Assembly (NCBI RefSeq): GCF_006345805.1
Contig: NC_043021.1
Location: forward strand, 8,928,001-8,992,000
Source: Octopus sinensis
Taxonomy: Eukaryota
DNA length: 64,000 nucleotides
Direction: 5' to 3'
This document shows positions 23,056 to 36,527 of this stretch, piece after piece; position 1 is the first letter of the stretch; every line of letters begins with the position of its first letter. The position numbers and the translations under genes were made by a program. The notes beneath the pieces are model-generated. The model was given only the letters and a program-made list of their open reading frames with translations. It had not been told where the DNA came from and did not search any database.

Positions 23056-23296
23056 TAAGTACAAGATAAACCACTATAATAATACTCTTGTGTTTTTCTT
23101 CGTTACAACATATGAATACGAAAGGAAGGGGTGATAGATGAACGGTCACTGTAATTTCATTGGTTTGAACTATTAGTAATTCCAGTAACCGATTTTTTTA
23201 TACACTCATTACCGCAATAGATGTGTATATATAAATAGGTGCTTGGAAGTGTGCAAGTATGAGTGAATGTCTCACACACACACACCCATATATATA

Positions 23297-23346
<50 letters not shown>

Positions 23347-23349
<3 letters not shown>

Positions 23350-24178
23350 CACAAATGGAAGACAACACGTAAGAGATAAATTTTAACAGACATATTAGTT
23401 TAAAGCTTAAAAGAAGGGAAACAGTAATGACGGTTCGGACGATAGTCCTTCATCAGAAAAAAGGTTCTAATGAGTAAAGATGGTGAAAAATTATAAAGAA
23501 TGAGAAAAGGTGATTGGAAAACGTATTAGGGAACCAGGTGAGAATACGGTTCAATGGTAGGTGTGAGAATGAGAAGAGGGGGTAGGATGGTGTGTGTTTG
23601 CATTTGAGATTATCCATGTATAGTGGTGGGGAATGTGAATGAGGGTAGTAGTTTTGTAAGCGTGGAAGTGTGCATGTACGAGAGTTTAGTAGCGCGGATA
23701 ATGCAGAAGGAAGGTGTGAAGCTGTTTTTTGTATGGAGGGCGTATATTTTATGTGAGAGATAAGCGTGGATATGTGTGGGGGTGAGGATTTGGCAGGTGC
23801 GTGAGTGAGGCGGAAGGGAGGACAAGAGGAATGTGGTATTGGAGAAATAAACACGGATGAAAAACATAATACATAGTGAAACAAAAAACAAACATAAAAT
23901 AAATTGTAAAGTGGAAACATTGGTGAAACGTCTGGAGGTTATGTAACGAGTACAATGTCCGGAGAAAATAATAAAAGAAGGATGTGTGTGTGTATTTGTG
24001 TGTGTGTGTGTGTGTGGCTTTGTGCGGGTGTGTGCGTGCGCGCATTTTCGTGCATATGTGTGAGTGTGTATGTGTGTGTGTATGTACGTGTGTGTGGGTA
24101 TGTGTGTGTGTTTGTATATATGAGTATAGGCGTGGTTTAGGTTACGTGTGTCTATATATCTGTTTCTCTCTCTCCCCC

Positions 24179-24220
<42 letters not shown>

Positions 24221-25081
24221 CACAAATGGAAGACAACACATAAGATATCAATTTTAAGATATTAGTTTAAAGCTTAAAAGAAGGGAAACAGTAATGACGG
24301 TTCGGACGATAGTCCTTCATCAGAAAAAAGGTTCTAATGAGTAAAGATGGTGAAAAATTATAAAGAATGAGAAAAGGTGATTGGAAAACGTATTAGGGAA
24401 CCAGGTGAGAATACGGTTCAATGGTAGGTGTTAGAATGAGAGGAGGAGGTGGGATGGTGTGTGTTTGCATTTGAGATTATCCATGTATAGTGGTGGGGAA
24501 GTTGAATGTGGGTAGTAGTTTTGTGAACGTGGAAGTGTGCATGTATGAGAGTTTAGTAGCTCGGATAATGCAGAAGGAAGGTGTGAAGCTGTTCTTTGTA
24601 TGGATGGCGTATATTTTATGTGAGAGATAAGCGCGGATGTGTGTGTGGGGGTGGTGAGGATTTGGCAGGTGCGCGTGTGAGGCGGAAGGGAGGACAAGAG
24701 GAATGTGGTATTGGAGAAATAAACACGGATGAAAAACATAATACATAGTGAAACAAAAAACAAACATAAAATAAATTGTAAAGTGGAAACATTGGTGAAA
24801 CGTCTGGAGGTTATGTAACGAGTACAATGTCCGGAGAAAATAATAAAAGAAGGATGTGTGTGTGTGTATTTGTGTATAAGTGTGACGATTTGTGTGCGTG
24901 TGTGGCTTTGTGCGGATGTGTGCGTACGCGCCTTTTCGTGCGTATGTGTGAGTGTGTGTGCGTCAATGTGTCGGTTTGTGCGTATGTACGTGTGTGTGGG
25001 TATGTGTATGTGTTTGTATATATGAATATAGGCGTGGTTTAGGTTATGAATGTCTATATATCTGTTTCTCTCTCTCCCCCT

Positions 25082-25090
<9 letters not shown>
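23347..25090. repeat. About 871-bp tandem duplication (23347-24217 and 24218-about 25090) of a composite repeat segment
   Basis: Both copies start GAGCACAAATGGAAGACAACAC and are colinear with scattered substitutions. Confidence 0.92.
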
Positions 25091-25116
<26 letters not shown>

Positions 25117-25272
25117 CATACACACATATACACACATATATATATACATATATATATGGACATATATATAGATATATAGATACATATACATATATATATA
25201 TATACATATATGTATGTATATATATATACATACACATATATATATATACATACTTATATATATGTATGTACG

Positions 25273-25303
<31 letters not shown>

Positions 25304-25414
25304 ATATATATATATATATATGCATGTATATATATATATATGTATACATATATATATGTATGTATGTATTATATATATATATATATAATATATATATATA
25401 TATGTGTGTGTGTG

Positions 25415-25460
<46 letters not shown>

Positions 25461-25540
25461 GTGTGTATATATATATATTTAAATGCATACATCACATACA
25501 TTAATATATGCTTTTATGTTACGCAAATCTTCGCGCATGT

Positions 25541-25582
<42 letters not shown>

Positions 25583-25830
25583 CATAGTAAATTGTGAAAT
25601 TATTCTCTTTCTATCTCTTTGTGAGTTGTTCCTGTTTCTGCTTTGAAAACGATTTACTTTGAAATAAAAAGGTTGGTCTTTTTTTGTTGTATTGTTCAGA
25701 ACGTTTAATAATTTGATCTTCAGAGTTGTTTAGTCGTTTCTGCACAGATCTTCACTTTCGTTTCCTTCAAAACATTTTTGAACTCACATATTAGAAATAC
25801 ATCAACAAGAAGGCATCATTTTTTCTCCAG

Positions 25831-25883
25831 CAGTTAGAAACACAAAGAAATAATTTGAATCGCATCCAAGAAACATGGGATCT
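25831..25883 (+). CDS. Candidate 53-nt exon (QLETQRNNLNRIQETWD)
   Basis: TTTTTTCTCCAG| acceptor and |GTAAGTA donor with an open frame; isolated. Confidence 0.3.
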
Positions 25884-26420
25884 GTAAGTACATTTAATAA
25901 TCGTAGACAACAAAATCACGCTTCAAACTACACTAATAAGGTTGGAAATACTAATAGTTCCATTCCAACCAACGAAATTACCGTTACCATTGTTTTATAC
26001 CCTGGCCAGTAGAAGAGTATATATACGCTGAGAAAACCAAATGTAATAAATTTATCAAAGAAGACCTGAACAATACAACAAATCGATAATCTGGTAAAAG
26101 GACTAAAATTTACCCTTGGAGATATATTTAGAAGGAAATTAAAGACGACACTTCAGAGTTTTGTAGAAAATTGCACCTCGCACATATATATAAGAATAAC
26201 GATGATGAATCGCTTGTTAGGAACGAAAGCAATTACTTTTCACCGAAAGGTAGAAGTAAAACATTTGGTTCTTGTGACTACATTTAAAATTTTCTGTATA
26301 AGGATATGTATAAATATTTAGGTCAAACTTCGGTTATTCTGAATGGAAAAGCAGAATTGAATTGAAAAAAGAAAAAAATGACAACGAATTGATTAAGAAA
26401 TCAGATAAAGGCGCAGATAT

Positions 26421-26845
26421 AGGCGCGGGAGTGGCTGTGTGGTAAGTAGTTTGCTTACCGACCACATGGTTCCGGGTTCAGTCCCACTGCGTGGCACCTT
26501 GGGCAAGTGTCTTCTACTATAACCTTGGGCCGACCAAAACCTTGTGAGCGGATTTGGTAGACGGAAACTGAAAGAAGCCCGTCGTGTATATGTGTATATA
26601 TATGTGTGTATGTATGTATATATGTTTGTGTGTCTGTGTTTGTCCCCCCAACATCGCTTGACAACCGATGGTTGTGTGTTTATGTCCTCGTAACTTAGCG
26701 GTTCGACAAAATTGACCGATAGAATAAGTACTAGGCTTACAAAGAATAAGTCCTGGGGTCGATTTGCTCGACTAAAGGTGGTGCTCCAGCATTGCCACAG
26801 TCAAATGACTGAAACAAGTAAAAGGATAAAGGATAAAAGGATAAA
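26421..26845 (+). mobile_element. CORE-type SINE (family A), full length
   Basis: Head through a (GGATAAA)n tail. Confidence 0.9.
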
Positions 26846-26956
26846 GATATAGATATATCTAATCGAATAAATAACTAGAGAAACAAATAATTCCGATCGG
26901 TATCGTGGTTGTAGGTTGTTACTAGCAGAAAAATTCCACTCAACAATAGTGAGAAC

Positions 26957-27277
26957 AAGACTCGATCACTAGAAAAATACGTGTAAAAATAAACACAAAG
27001 ATGAGACTAGACAACAGTCTGACCAAGTCCGAGGAAAAAAATCAGAAGATCAGTTTATTTCTTCGCTTTAACACGTCTTCAATTAACTGTCCATTGGTTG
27101 GGTGAGTTGAATCACGTAAGACTCGATCACTAGAAAAATACGTGTAAAAATATACACAAAGATGAGACTAGACAACAGTCAGACCAAGTCCGAGGAAAAA
27201 ATCAGAAGATCAGTTTATGTCTTCGCTTTAACATGTCCTCAGTTAACTGTCCGTTGGTTGGGTGAGTTGAACCACGT
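26957..27277. repeat. 161-bp direct tandem duplication
   Basis: AAGACTCGATCACTAGAAAAATAC starts at 26957 and 27118. Confidence 0.92.
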
Positions 27278-27994
27278 TAAATGTAGACTAGTTCGAGTTG
27301 GTGAAGTATTGGAAATACAACGGCGTCAGTTTTCTGCTGTTTGACAAACTCTTCAGCGAGAATACTAGGTTTTTAATAAACGTCATATATAAATACAGAA
27401 TTAAGTCTAATTTCAACACTTCTGAATGGAAAAAAAAATGACAACGAATTGACAAGTAACAGAATAGATAAAGCGTTTGTGGACATACGGTCGAAAGCTG
27501 AATATTATAAAAAATTTTAATTCTCCAAGCTTGAAGGTGATATACACAACAAAAACAGTTGTAAGCAACAACCAACGGAAAGTAATGTAAAATCTCACAA
27601 CTACATTTACCGAAAATGATTGACAGATAAAGAAATAATTACACAGCTATTTTCAAATGCAAATTTAGTCTTTTCTATGGCTTACCAATAATTCGCAATA
27701 TTGGCTTACCAATAAATTCTATGGCTTACTAATAATTCGCAAAACGAGCATAAGAATTCACAAGCCTATGTATTAATGCTATATTACCAAACGATTTAAA
27801 ATTAAAACTAACACTAGGTAATCCAAAATGTGAAACCCACCATTTGAGTAACTTTTTTTTTAATATATTTTATTGAAACTATCTCTAAAACACATTAAAA
27901 GATTTATATGAGACGTTCAAGTTAAGTTGACCCACCTTCATAAAATGACCATCGCCTGCACATAAATCAAACTTGTATACAAGCATTCCTTATG

Positions 27995-28175
27995 ACTATG
28001 AAATAGAAGCAATAAAATTCTAGAATTACCAGAACGCCTAGAACTGGGGTCTCCAAAGAAAGAAAGGGGTTTAACGTTTCGGACAAAGCTCTTCTTCAGA
28101 AACAGGAGACAGAGGAAAGTCCACGAGAAAAGGAAGAAGGAGGGGAAAAAATCGCCAACGATTCACATGTGTTTA
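27995..28175 (-). mobile_element. Possible Penelope-like terminal-repeat fragment with decayed hammerhead core
   Basis: Minus 28103-28069: GTTT CTGAAGA AGAGCTTTGTCC GAA ACGT T AAAC. Confidence 0.45.
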
Positions 28176-28517
28176 CATTGACGGGCTTCTTCCTGTTTCA
28201 GTCTACCAAATTCACTCACAAGACTTTGAACGGGCTGGTGCTATTGTGGACGCATTCTGAAAGTGCTTTGTAGTGGTACTGAACCCAAGACCACATGGTT
28301 GAGAAGCAAGCTTCTTACCACACAGCCACGATATAGATGTTGTACTTGTCATAGAATGTGTGTTGGTACATGTACACACATGCATGTGGTGTATATCCCC
28401 ACCACTTGTCTATTTTAGCAAGCCCCTAAATTTTAAACGTAATACTGTTCAACGCTAAACATTGCCCTACAATTTTTAATGAAAATTTTCCTGGTCTTTC
28501 TTCCTCGTACAATTTTA

Positions 28518-29083
28518 TTGGGTTGTCCGGAGAGTTCGTGCCGATTTTTAAAGGAAAGAAAAAGGTCAATAAATACTTGCCATTACATTTTAAATCAGCC
28601 AAATAGGAACCATTTTGTTGCACAATGCATCTCCATCTTTCCTTTAACTTGAAAATACCCTCTTCCCAGAATTGAGGTGGCTTCATGGCAAAGAATTCAT
28701 CAAGGTATCTTTTTACTTCATCCAAGGAATTGAAATTTTTACCATTAAGACTATTCTGCAGAGACTTGAATAAGTGGAAATCCGAAGGAGCAATATCTGG
28801 TGAATATGGAGGGTGGGGTAACACATCCCAGCCGAGCTGCAGCAATTTTTGTCTGGTTCCCAAAACATCAAGTGCCGAAAATGAACTTTCTTATCTTCCA
28901 TTTTAAAGGGTTACAGAATTAACACAGATTATAGGAACATAAACCGTCTTCCACGAAAAGATAGCTTAAACTGTGCTCTAAATGGAGGTGTAGTCAAATC
29001 CTATTTTATGGACTCGACCATGTTGTAAAATAAGTCGAAAGGTAAGCTACTATAAATCGGCACGAACTTTCCGGACAACCCAA
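28518..29083 (-). mobile_element. Internally deleted mariner (DD34D) element, 566 bp, 30-bp TIRs, TA TSD
   Basis: TIR TTGGGTTGTCCGGA(G/A)AGTTCGTGCCGATTT at both ends with 1 mismatch, flanked by TA. N-terminus MEDKKVHFRHLMFW is fused out of frame to C-terminal WDVLPHPPYSPDIAPSDFHLFKSLQN. Confidence 0.93.
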
Positions 29084-29160
29084 TACTTATATCAAACAAC
29101 ATTTTCGTAACAAACTGAAGCGTTGAGAAAATGATTTTGCGTTGAGACAATTGTATAAAT

Positions 29161-29202
29161 GCGAGGATGACGTGCAAATTCGTGAGACGTTCAATATTTC
29201 TA
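29161..29202 (+). pseudogene. U6: 3' fragment of U6 snRNA
   Basis: GCGAGGATGACGTGCAAATTCGTGAGACGTTCAATATTTCT versus U6 GCAAGGATGACACGCAAATTCGTGAAGCGTTCCATATTTTT. Confidence 0.75.
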
Positions 29203-29739
29203 AAGTTGATAATCGCAGACGTGGCCACGGCCATACGGCTCTGGGTTTGGTCCCACAGCATGGCATCTTGGGCAACTGATACATACATGCAAACATACAT
29301 ACGTACATACATACATACATACATATACACAATCATAAATCCTCTTTCTTTTCTTTCCTTTCCTGAGCGTCCAATAACATTGTACTTATATATATATATA
29401 TATAATATATATATAATATATATATATATTATATATATATATATATTGACAAAAATGGGACAAGAAGGCAAAACATCCAGACAGTTAGGTGATACAAAAA
29501 AAAGGGACAACGAAACATCCAAACAGATGATACAACGAAAACAAGGACGGGTCATACGGAGTTTTCTTTCCTCAGTCGAGTTCCAGATTATCTTTGCAAT
29601 TTCGACTGGTTATACTCGAGATTGCTCCAATCTGGCCAGCCCCAAGGAAAAACTAAGCTAAGAGCATTAGATTCCTTGGAAGAAAGCAGCGAATGTATAC
29701 GAAAACAAGGACATATATATATATATACATATACATATG

Positions 29740-29809
<70 letters not shown>

Positions 29810-30134
29810 TACAAGGTGAGGTATATGTGTGCTTGTGTATGTCTTTGTATCTGTTTGTTCTTCACCACTACGTAACAACCTGCGTTGGTTGTTTACATCT
29901 CCATAACTTAACGATTCAGCAAAAACGACCGATAGAATAAGTTCCAGGCTTAAATAAATATGTACTAAAACTCTTCAAGGCGGTGCCCCAGCATGGCCTC
30001 AATCTAATGATTGATACAAGTAAACGACAAAAGATAATAGATATACGTGCATGCATGTATGTATGTATGTATGTATGTATGTATGTATGTATGTATGTAT
30101 GTATGTATGTATGTACGTATGCATTCACGTGCTG

Positions 30135-30460
30135 ATTTTCTGCACTGTAATGCTTTCAGAAGAGACGAACGGTTCCTTTATCAATGTGTTTGTTGGTAAG
30201 AGATTGATGGTGCCGTTGGCACACCACGTAACGGCAACGAGAAGAATTGATTGAAAGCAGACGATAGCTCTGAACTATGAAAAAAAAAAAAACCTTCAGA
30301 GAATGAAAGGGAGAAGAGAGAGTTAGTGGTTGTGTGAAGAGGAGTGAGAATGAAAGAAAGAGGGAGAAAGGGAGATGCTGAGTAGAAGTGGTAAAAGTAA
30401 AATAGGGAGAAAAAGAGAAAGTTAATGAGATGGAGGATGGCAAGAAAAATGTTAGAAAAA
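30135..30460 (+). repeat. Dispersed repeat, copy 1 (copy 2 at 35277-35610)
   Basis: Shared CTTTCAGAAGAGA(C/T)GAACGGTTCCTTTATCAAT...AATTGATTGAAAGCAGACGATAGCT and a purine-rich tail. Confidence 0.8.
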
Positions 30461-32799
30461 ATATGATGAGAAACAGAGGTTGCGAAAGATAAGAGATGAG
30501 TAGCAGAGATGAATAACGGATACATAGAAACCGGAAGAGAGAGGAAGAGAAGTGAGAGGAGTAAGTGATAAAAAGAAAATGAGAAACTGACTGAAGAAGA
30601 GAACAGAGGGGAAAAAAATTAGAAAGGATAGAGTGAGAGAGAGAGGAATAGGAATTGATAAGGAGACGAGGAAAGAGAGGCCATGAAAGACGAAGTGCTT
30701 GAGTGAATGAGTGGGTAATCGAGTGAGTGAGCAAGTGTGTGTGTGTGTGTGTATGAAGGAGAGAATGAAATCAAGATGAAATGATGGCACACAGTAATGG
30801 AGAAGGCGGTAAAAAGAGTGGAAACGATAAAGGCATGAATGATGATACGGTGGGAATTGATGAACAGGGATGAACGAGATAAGGGAAGGAGAAGAAAGAT
30901 GAGGTAAAGGTAGGAAGTAAAAAGACGAGCCGAGATGATGGATTGGATATAGAAAGTGAGAGAACGAGAGAGAGAACGGAAGAGAGAGGTTGAAGGAGAG
31001 AAAAAGAAAATGAGTGTGAAAGCAGATATGATGAATCAGAAGAAATATGAAGCCCGGTGTGCCGAAGATAAAGCATCTCACTTTTCAGAAATCTTCTAAA
31101 ATGAGTCAGCAGACCTCATTTTTGCTTTAAAATCTATGTCAATGGTGTGTTTTTGAGTTAGCTACTTTTAATTTATTTTACTATCATTATTATTTTATTT
31201 TTATTTATTTTAGCTTTATTCTTCTCTTCTCGCGTGTTAAGTGAGTGTGTTTTATAATTACATTGCTAAATCTTTTCAGCACTGAATTCATCACAAAAGC
31301 CAAGCAGAGAGAGAAAATGGCGAGAGCTACCAAAAGCAAAAACAGGAATGAAAGACAAGACCATTATAAATGAAGCAATGCTAAAGGCGTGGGGGGTGGA
31401 GGGAGGTGAGGCGGTGGTGGTGGTGGTGGATTCTGATATGTAGTTGCAATAATACAGCATGGAATGGAAATGGTATGTTGTGATATAGTGTATTGCAGCA
31501 TGGTATGGCGCGGCATTTGCATGGAGTGGTATGTCTGTCATAGTATATACTTAGCAAAGCGTTAGAGAGTCTTGATTTCATCAGAGCCGTAATGGCGGTG
31601 GAACGGACGGAATCTAAGATTTTTCGTCACATATGGAAGAGATAGGGGTTAAAGAGAAAGAGAGAAAGAGAGAGAAAGATGGCGGAGAGAGGGAAATTAA
31701 AGCTTTACGCCTGCCCCTTGCCTTCTTCTTTCTCGTTTGTTCGTTTATCTTACTGGTTTTCCACTTAAGCGTCTTCCTTACACTTACTTACCCCCCTCCC
31801 CCACCATCACCACCACCACCACCACCAACAGTAGCAATAACAATATCATCATCATCATCATCATCATCATCATTATCACCAAAACCATCAAGCACCACCG
31901 CCGCCGCCACCACCACCACCACCTGTACCATTACCATCCCCACCCTACCCACGCTGCCATCGCCACCACCATGTTACCACCGCCAGTACAATTTCCTCTT
32001 TGTTTTGTATTTCCTCCTTCTCCGACATCCCCCGCAACGACCGTACCTCACCTCTCCTCGGTACCTCCAACCACTGCCACCACCACCATAACCACCACCA
32101 CCACCACCAACACCATCACCCACCACCATCGCTGCTACCGTCACTAATCTCACCTTTCTCCTCCTTCACATTTCATCTGTTTCCTCTTTCTCCTCTTACT
32201 TCTCCTCCTCTTCCTTCTTCCCATTAATACCACGGCCATCTCCTCCTCCTCCTCCTCCTCCTCCCTCCCTCCCCGCTGTTCATTCCTGTTCTTTCTTCTT
32301 TGCTGTTGTTATAGTCTCTGCTGCTTTCCTTCTTTCTCCTCTTCCCTTCCCTCTGTGCCACCACCAACTCCACCACCACCACCACCACCACTACCATCTC
32401 TAGCTTATCACCTCCTACTCTCTCCTATTTATCTTTCTCCATTCAAGCCTCTCTCTCTCTCTATTGTTCATACTGTTGCCGTTGTTGTTGTTGTCGTTGT
32501 TGTTGTTGGCGTCGTTGTGGTTGTTGTTGTTAATCTCATTCTTTTCATTCTTCTCATTATCTCATTCCTCCTCGCGAACAACAACCCCCACCACCACCAC
32601 CACCACAACCACCACCACCACCACCACCAGCGATACCGCCATCACCAACAACATGTCCATGGTCTTTCTAAGCCAGAAGATCATTTTAAGTCAGTCTTCA
32701 CACTCAGACAGTTTCACAATGAATTCTTGTTATCAGTGGGCAGTTTCATTTTCTTCTGCATCCCCGACTATTTTCTCATCTTTTGTTCTTGTAGTTGCG

Positions 32800-33348
32800 C
32801 ATACAAACAAACATACAAACAAACATACAAACATACATACATACATACATACATACATACATACACACACATACATACATACATACATACATACATACAT
32901 ACATACATACATACATACATACATACATACATACATACATACATACATGCCATACATACATACATACATGCACACATACATACATACATACATGCATACA
33001 TACATGCATGCATACATACATACATACATGCATGCATACATACATACATACATACATACATACATACATACATACATGCATGCATACATACATACATGCA
33101 TGCATGCATACATACATACATACATACATACATGCATGCATACATGCATACATACATGCATGCATACATACATACATACATACATGCATGCATACATACA
33201 TACATACATACATACATGCATGCATGCATACATACATACATACATACATGCATGCATGCATACATACATACATACATACATACATACATGCATGCATGCA
33301 TGCATGCATACATACATACATACATACATACATACATACATACATACA

Positions 33349-33380
<32 letters not shown>
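32800..33380. repeat. (TACA)n/(TGCA) array
   Basis: Directly visible. Confidence 0.97.
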
Positions 33381-33381
<1 letters not shown>

Positions 33382-33636
33382 TTCTGTGTGTATGTGTTGT
33401 TTTTTGTCTTAAGTTTTTTCTGTTTTCTGTTTTTTCATCTTTCATACATTTTTTTCTGTTGTGGAAATGGCAGAAGTTCGAGAGATGGAAACACAAGACC
33501 AAGACCAAGAGTGAAAGAAAAGGTGATGGTGGTGGTGGTGGTGGTGGTGTTGGTGGTATAGAGAGATGGCGGTAGAAAGGTTTTGCAGAAATGCTTCGAA
33601 TCACTTGGCACTTTCAACCACCAATGTCCTCTCCTT

Positions 33637-33673
<37 letters not shown>

Positions 33674-33916
33674 CTCTGCTTCTTCTCTTTTTTTTTCTCT
33701 CTCCTTTTATAATTCGTTCCTTTTGTTGAAACAGAAGTACGAGAAATGAAGATGAGGAAAGCGAGCGAGAGAGAGAGAAAGAGAGAGTGAGAGTGAAAAC
33801 CTGGAGACAAAAGAGGTTCTTAGAAACCCCTCGAAACATTTGGCACTTACAGCCAACAATTTAATCTCTCCTCCGCCACCTTCTCTCTCCCCCTCTCTCT
33901 CTCTCTCTTTCACTCG

Positions 33917-33948
<32 letters not shown>

Positions 33949-34554
33949 GCTTGTGTTTCCCATTCTCATTCTATGTTTCTCCACCCATACCCTCCTTCTC
34001 GAGTTAGAGTTCTTTGGCAGCAATGACACCATCTGTGTTCCATTTTAAGATTATTTCATCTTGCTTCCCTTAAAACATGGGCCTGCTTGTCTTGAGTGCT
34101 TCTTGGAAACCGAAGGGAAGGAAATAAGGGGGAAAAAGATAAGGATTAAGAGAGTAGTGTGTGTGTGTGTGTGTGGGGGGGGTTATGGATAGGGTGGGGG
34201 TGGGGGTTAGGGTTATGAGGATTTTTGCCTTGTTTCCTTTCCTCTCTTATTATTTCTACCAGCTTCATTTCCACGCAGCCATCACGCAACCCCATCACCC
34301 TACGCTTCCAACTTCACTCAACACTGCGATCATCATCATCACCACTACCGTCGTCGTCGTCGTCGTCGTCGTTATTATCGTCATCATCACCACCACCACC
34401 ACCACCGCCATCATCACCACCATCATCATGATCATCATGATCATCATCATCATCAACAGCAGTAGTAGCTCTACCAGTAACATCCACAAAATGAACGAAA
34501 CAGGTATAGAATGAATGTTTGACACGAAAAGATAGTTAGGCATCAAGGTCAAAC

Positions 34555-34955
<401 letters not shown>

Positions 34956-35216
34956 GTTGCTAGTATGTAAAGGTGTCGTAAGTCCAAAACGTTGCTTTTT
35001 CAGAAAATGAAAAGATAGTTTCACCATTCCATAGCAAAAACTATCCTTTGACAATTTTTGATAACTTGGCATCCGAAAGAGCTGGAGATAAGATAGTTTG
35101 ACTAAAAGAACCGGCTATTTCAAGCAAAAATAAATATTGTAAAATGAAAAAAACGCATTTGACCAAATTTGGACATACAACAGTTTAACATAATAGCAAC
35201 AATGCACACACACACA

Positions 35217-35267
<51 letters not shown>

Positions 35268-35276
35268 GCATGCGTC

Positions 35277-35610
35277 TTTTTTTGCACTGAAATTCTTTCA
35301 GAAGAGATGAACGGTTCCTTTATCAATTTGTTTGGTCGTAACAGATTGATGGTGTCGTTGCCACACCACGTAATGTTAACGAGAGGAATTGATTGAAAGC
35401 AGACGATAGCTGTGAACTTAGAAATAAAAAGAACAATAAAAAAAAAATCAAAGGGAGAAGGGAGAGTTAGAGGTTGTGTGAAGGGGAGTGAGAATGTAAT
35501 ATAGAGGGAGAAAGGGAGATGCTGAGCAGGAGAAGTGGTAAGAGTAAAATAGGGAGAAAAAGAGAAAAGTAATGAAATGGAGAATGGAAGGAAAAATGTG
35601 AAGGGGAATG
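35277..35610 (+). repeat. Dispersed repeat, copy 2 (copy 1 at 30135-30460)
   Basis: Colinear diverged match to 30135-30460. Confidence 0.8.
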
Positions 35611-36121
35611 AAAGTATGAGATAAATTAGAATGAAAGAGAGGTGGTGGGGTGACACATGGTAAAATAAGGAACGAAAGAAAAGTGCATATTGAAAGAAGT
35701 GGTAAGAATGAAATAGAGAGGAAATAGAAAGAGAGATTATGATGAAAGAAAGAAAGCAAGAAGGGAAAAAAAAATCAGCTCGGTTTTACGGCAGCAATCT
35801 CTCTCCACCTTTAGCGAGAACTTATATAACACAATTGCAACTGTCAAAACCATCAGCCCCACCACCACCACCACCACCACCATCGTCACCATCAACGCCA
35901 TGACAATCACCACCACCACCACCACCACCGCCACCATTACCACGAATAGCATGAAACAACATGACAAAAGAATTAATCAACATACGCAGCCAGTGGGAGC
36001 GGTTGTTGGTGGGGTGGAGGAAGGAAAGGAGGTGCAATTGCAAAACGTAACGGCACAACAATAACAACAACCACAACTACAACCGGCAACAATTTGCTTG
36101 TTTTGATCTCTCATCTTTTCA

Positions 36122-36159
<38 letters not shown>

Positions 36160-36457
36160 TTATTATTACTATTACTACATCAATCGGTCCACTGTTTGAA
36201 CTCTTTGTATGACTGGTTGCCGACACAAAACATCACTAAGTTTCCTCAGATTCCACGGTTTTCATACATAAACATTTACACATGTTCTTCCTCTTGTCCA
36301 TCCCCCTCTCTCTCTCTCTCTCCCATCTCTCTCTCTCCCATCTCCCATCTCTCTCCCCTCTCTCTCTCCCATCGCTCTCATTCTCCCTTTCTCCCTTTCT
36401 TTCTGTTATATTTCTCTCATTCTTTGTTCTTCTCCGTCGCTCTTTCCACTATGTGTA

Positions 36458-36527
<70 letters not shown>

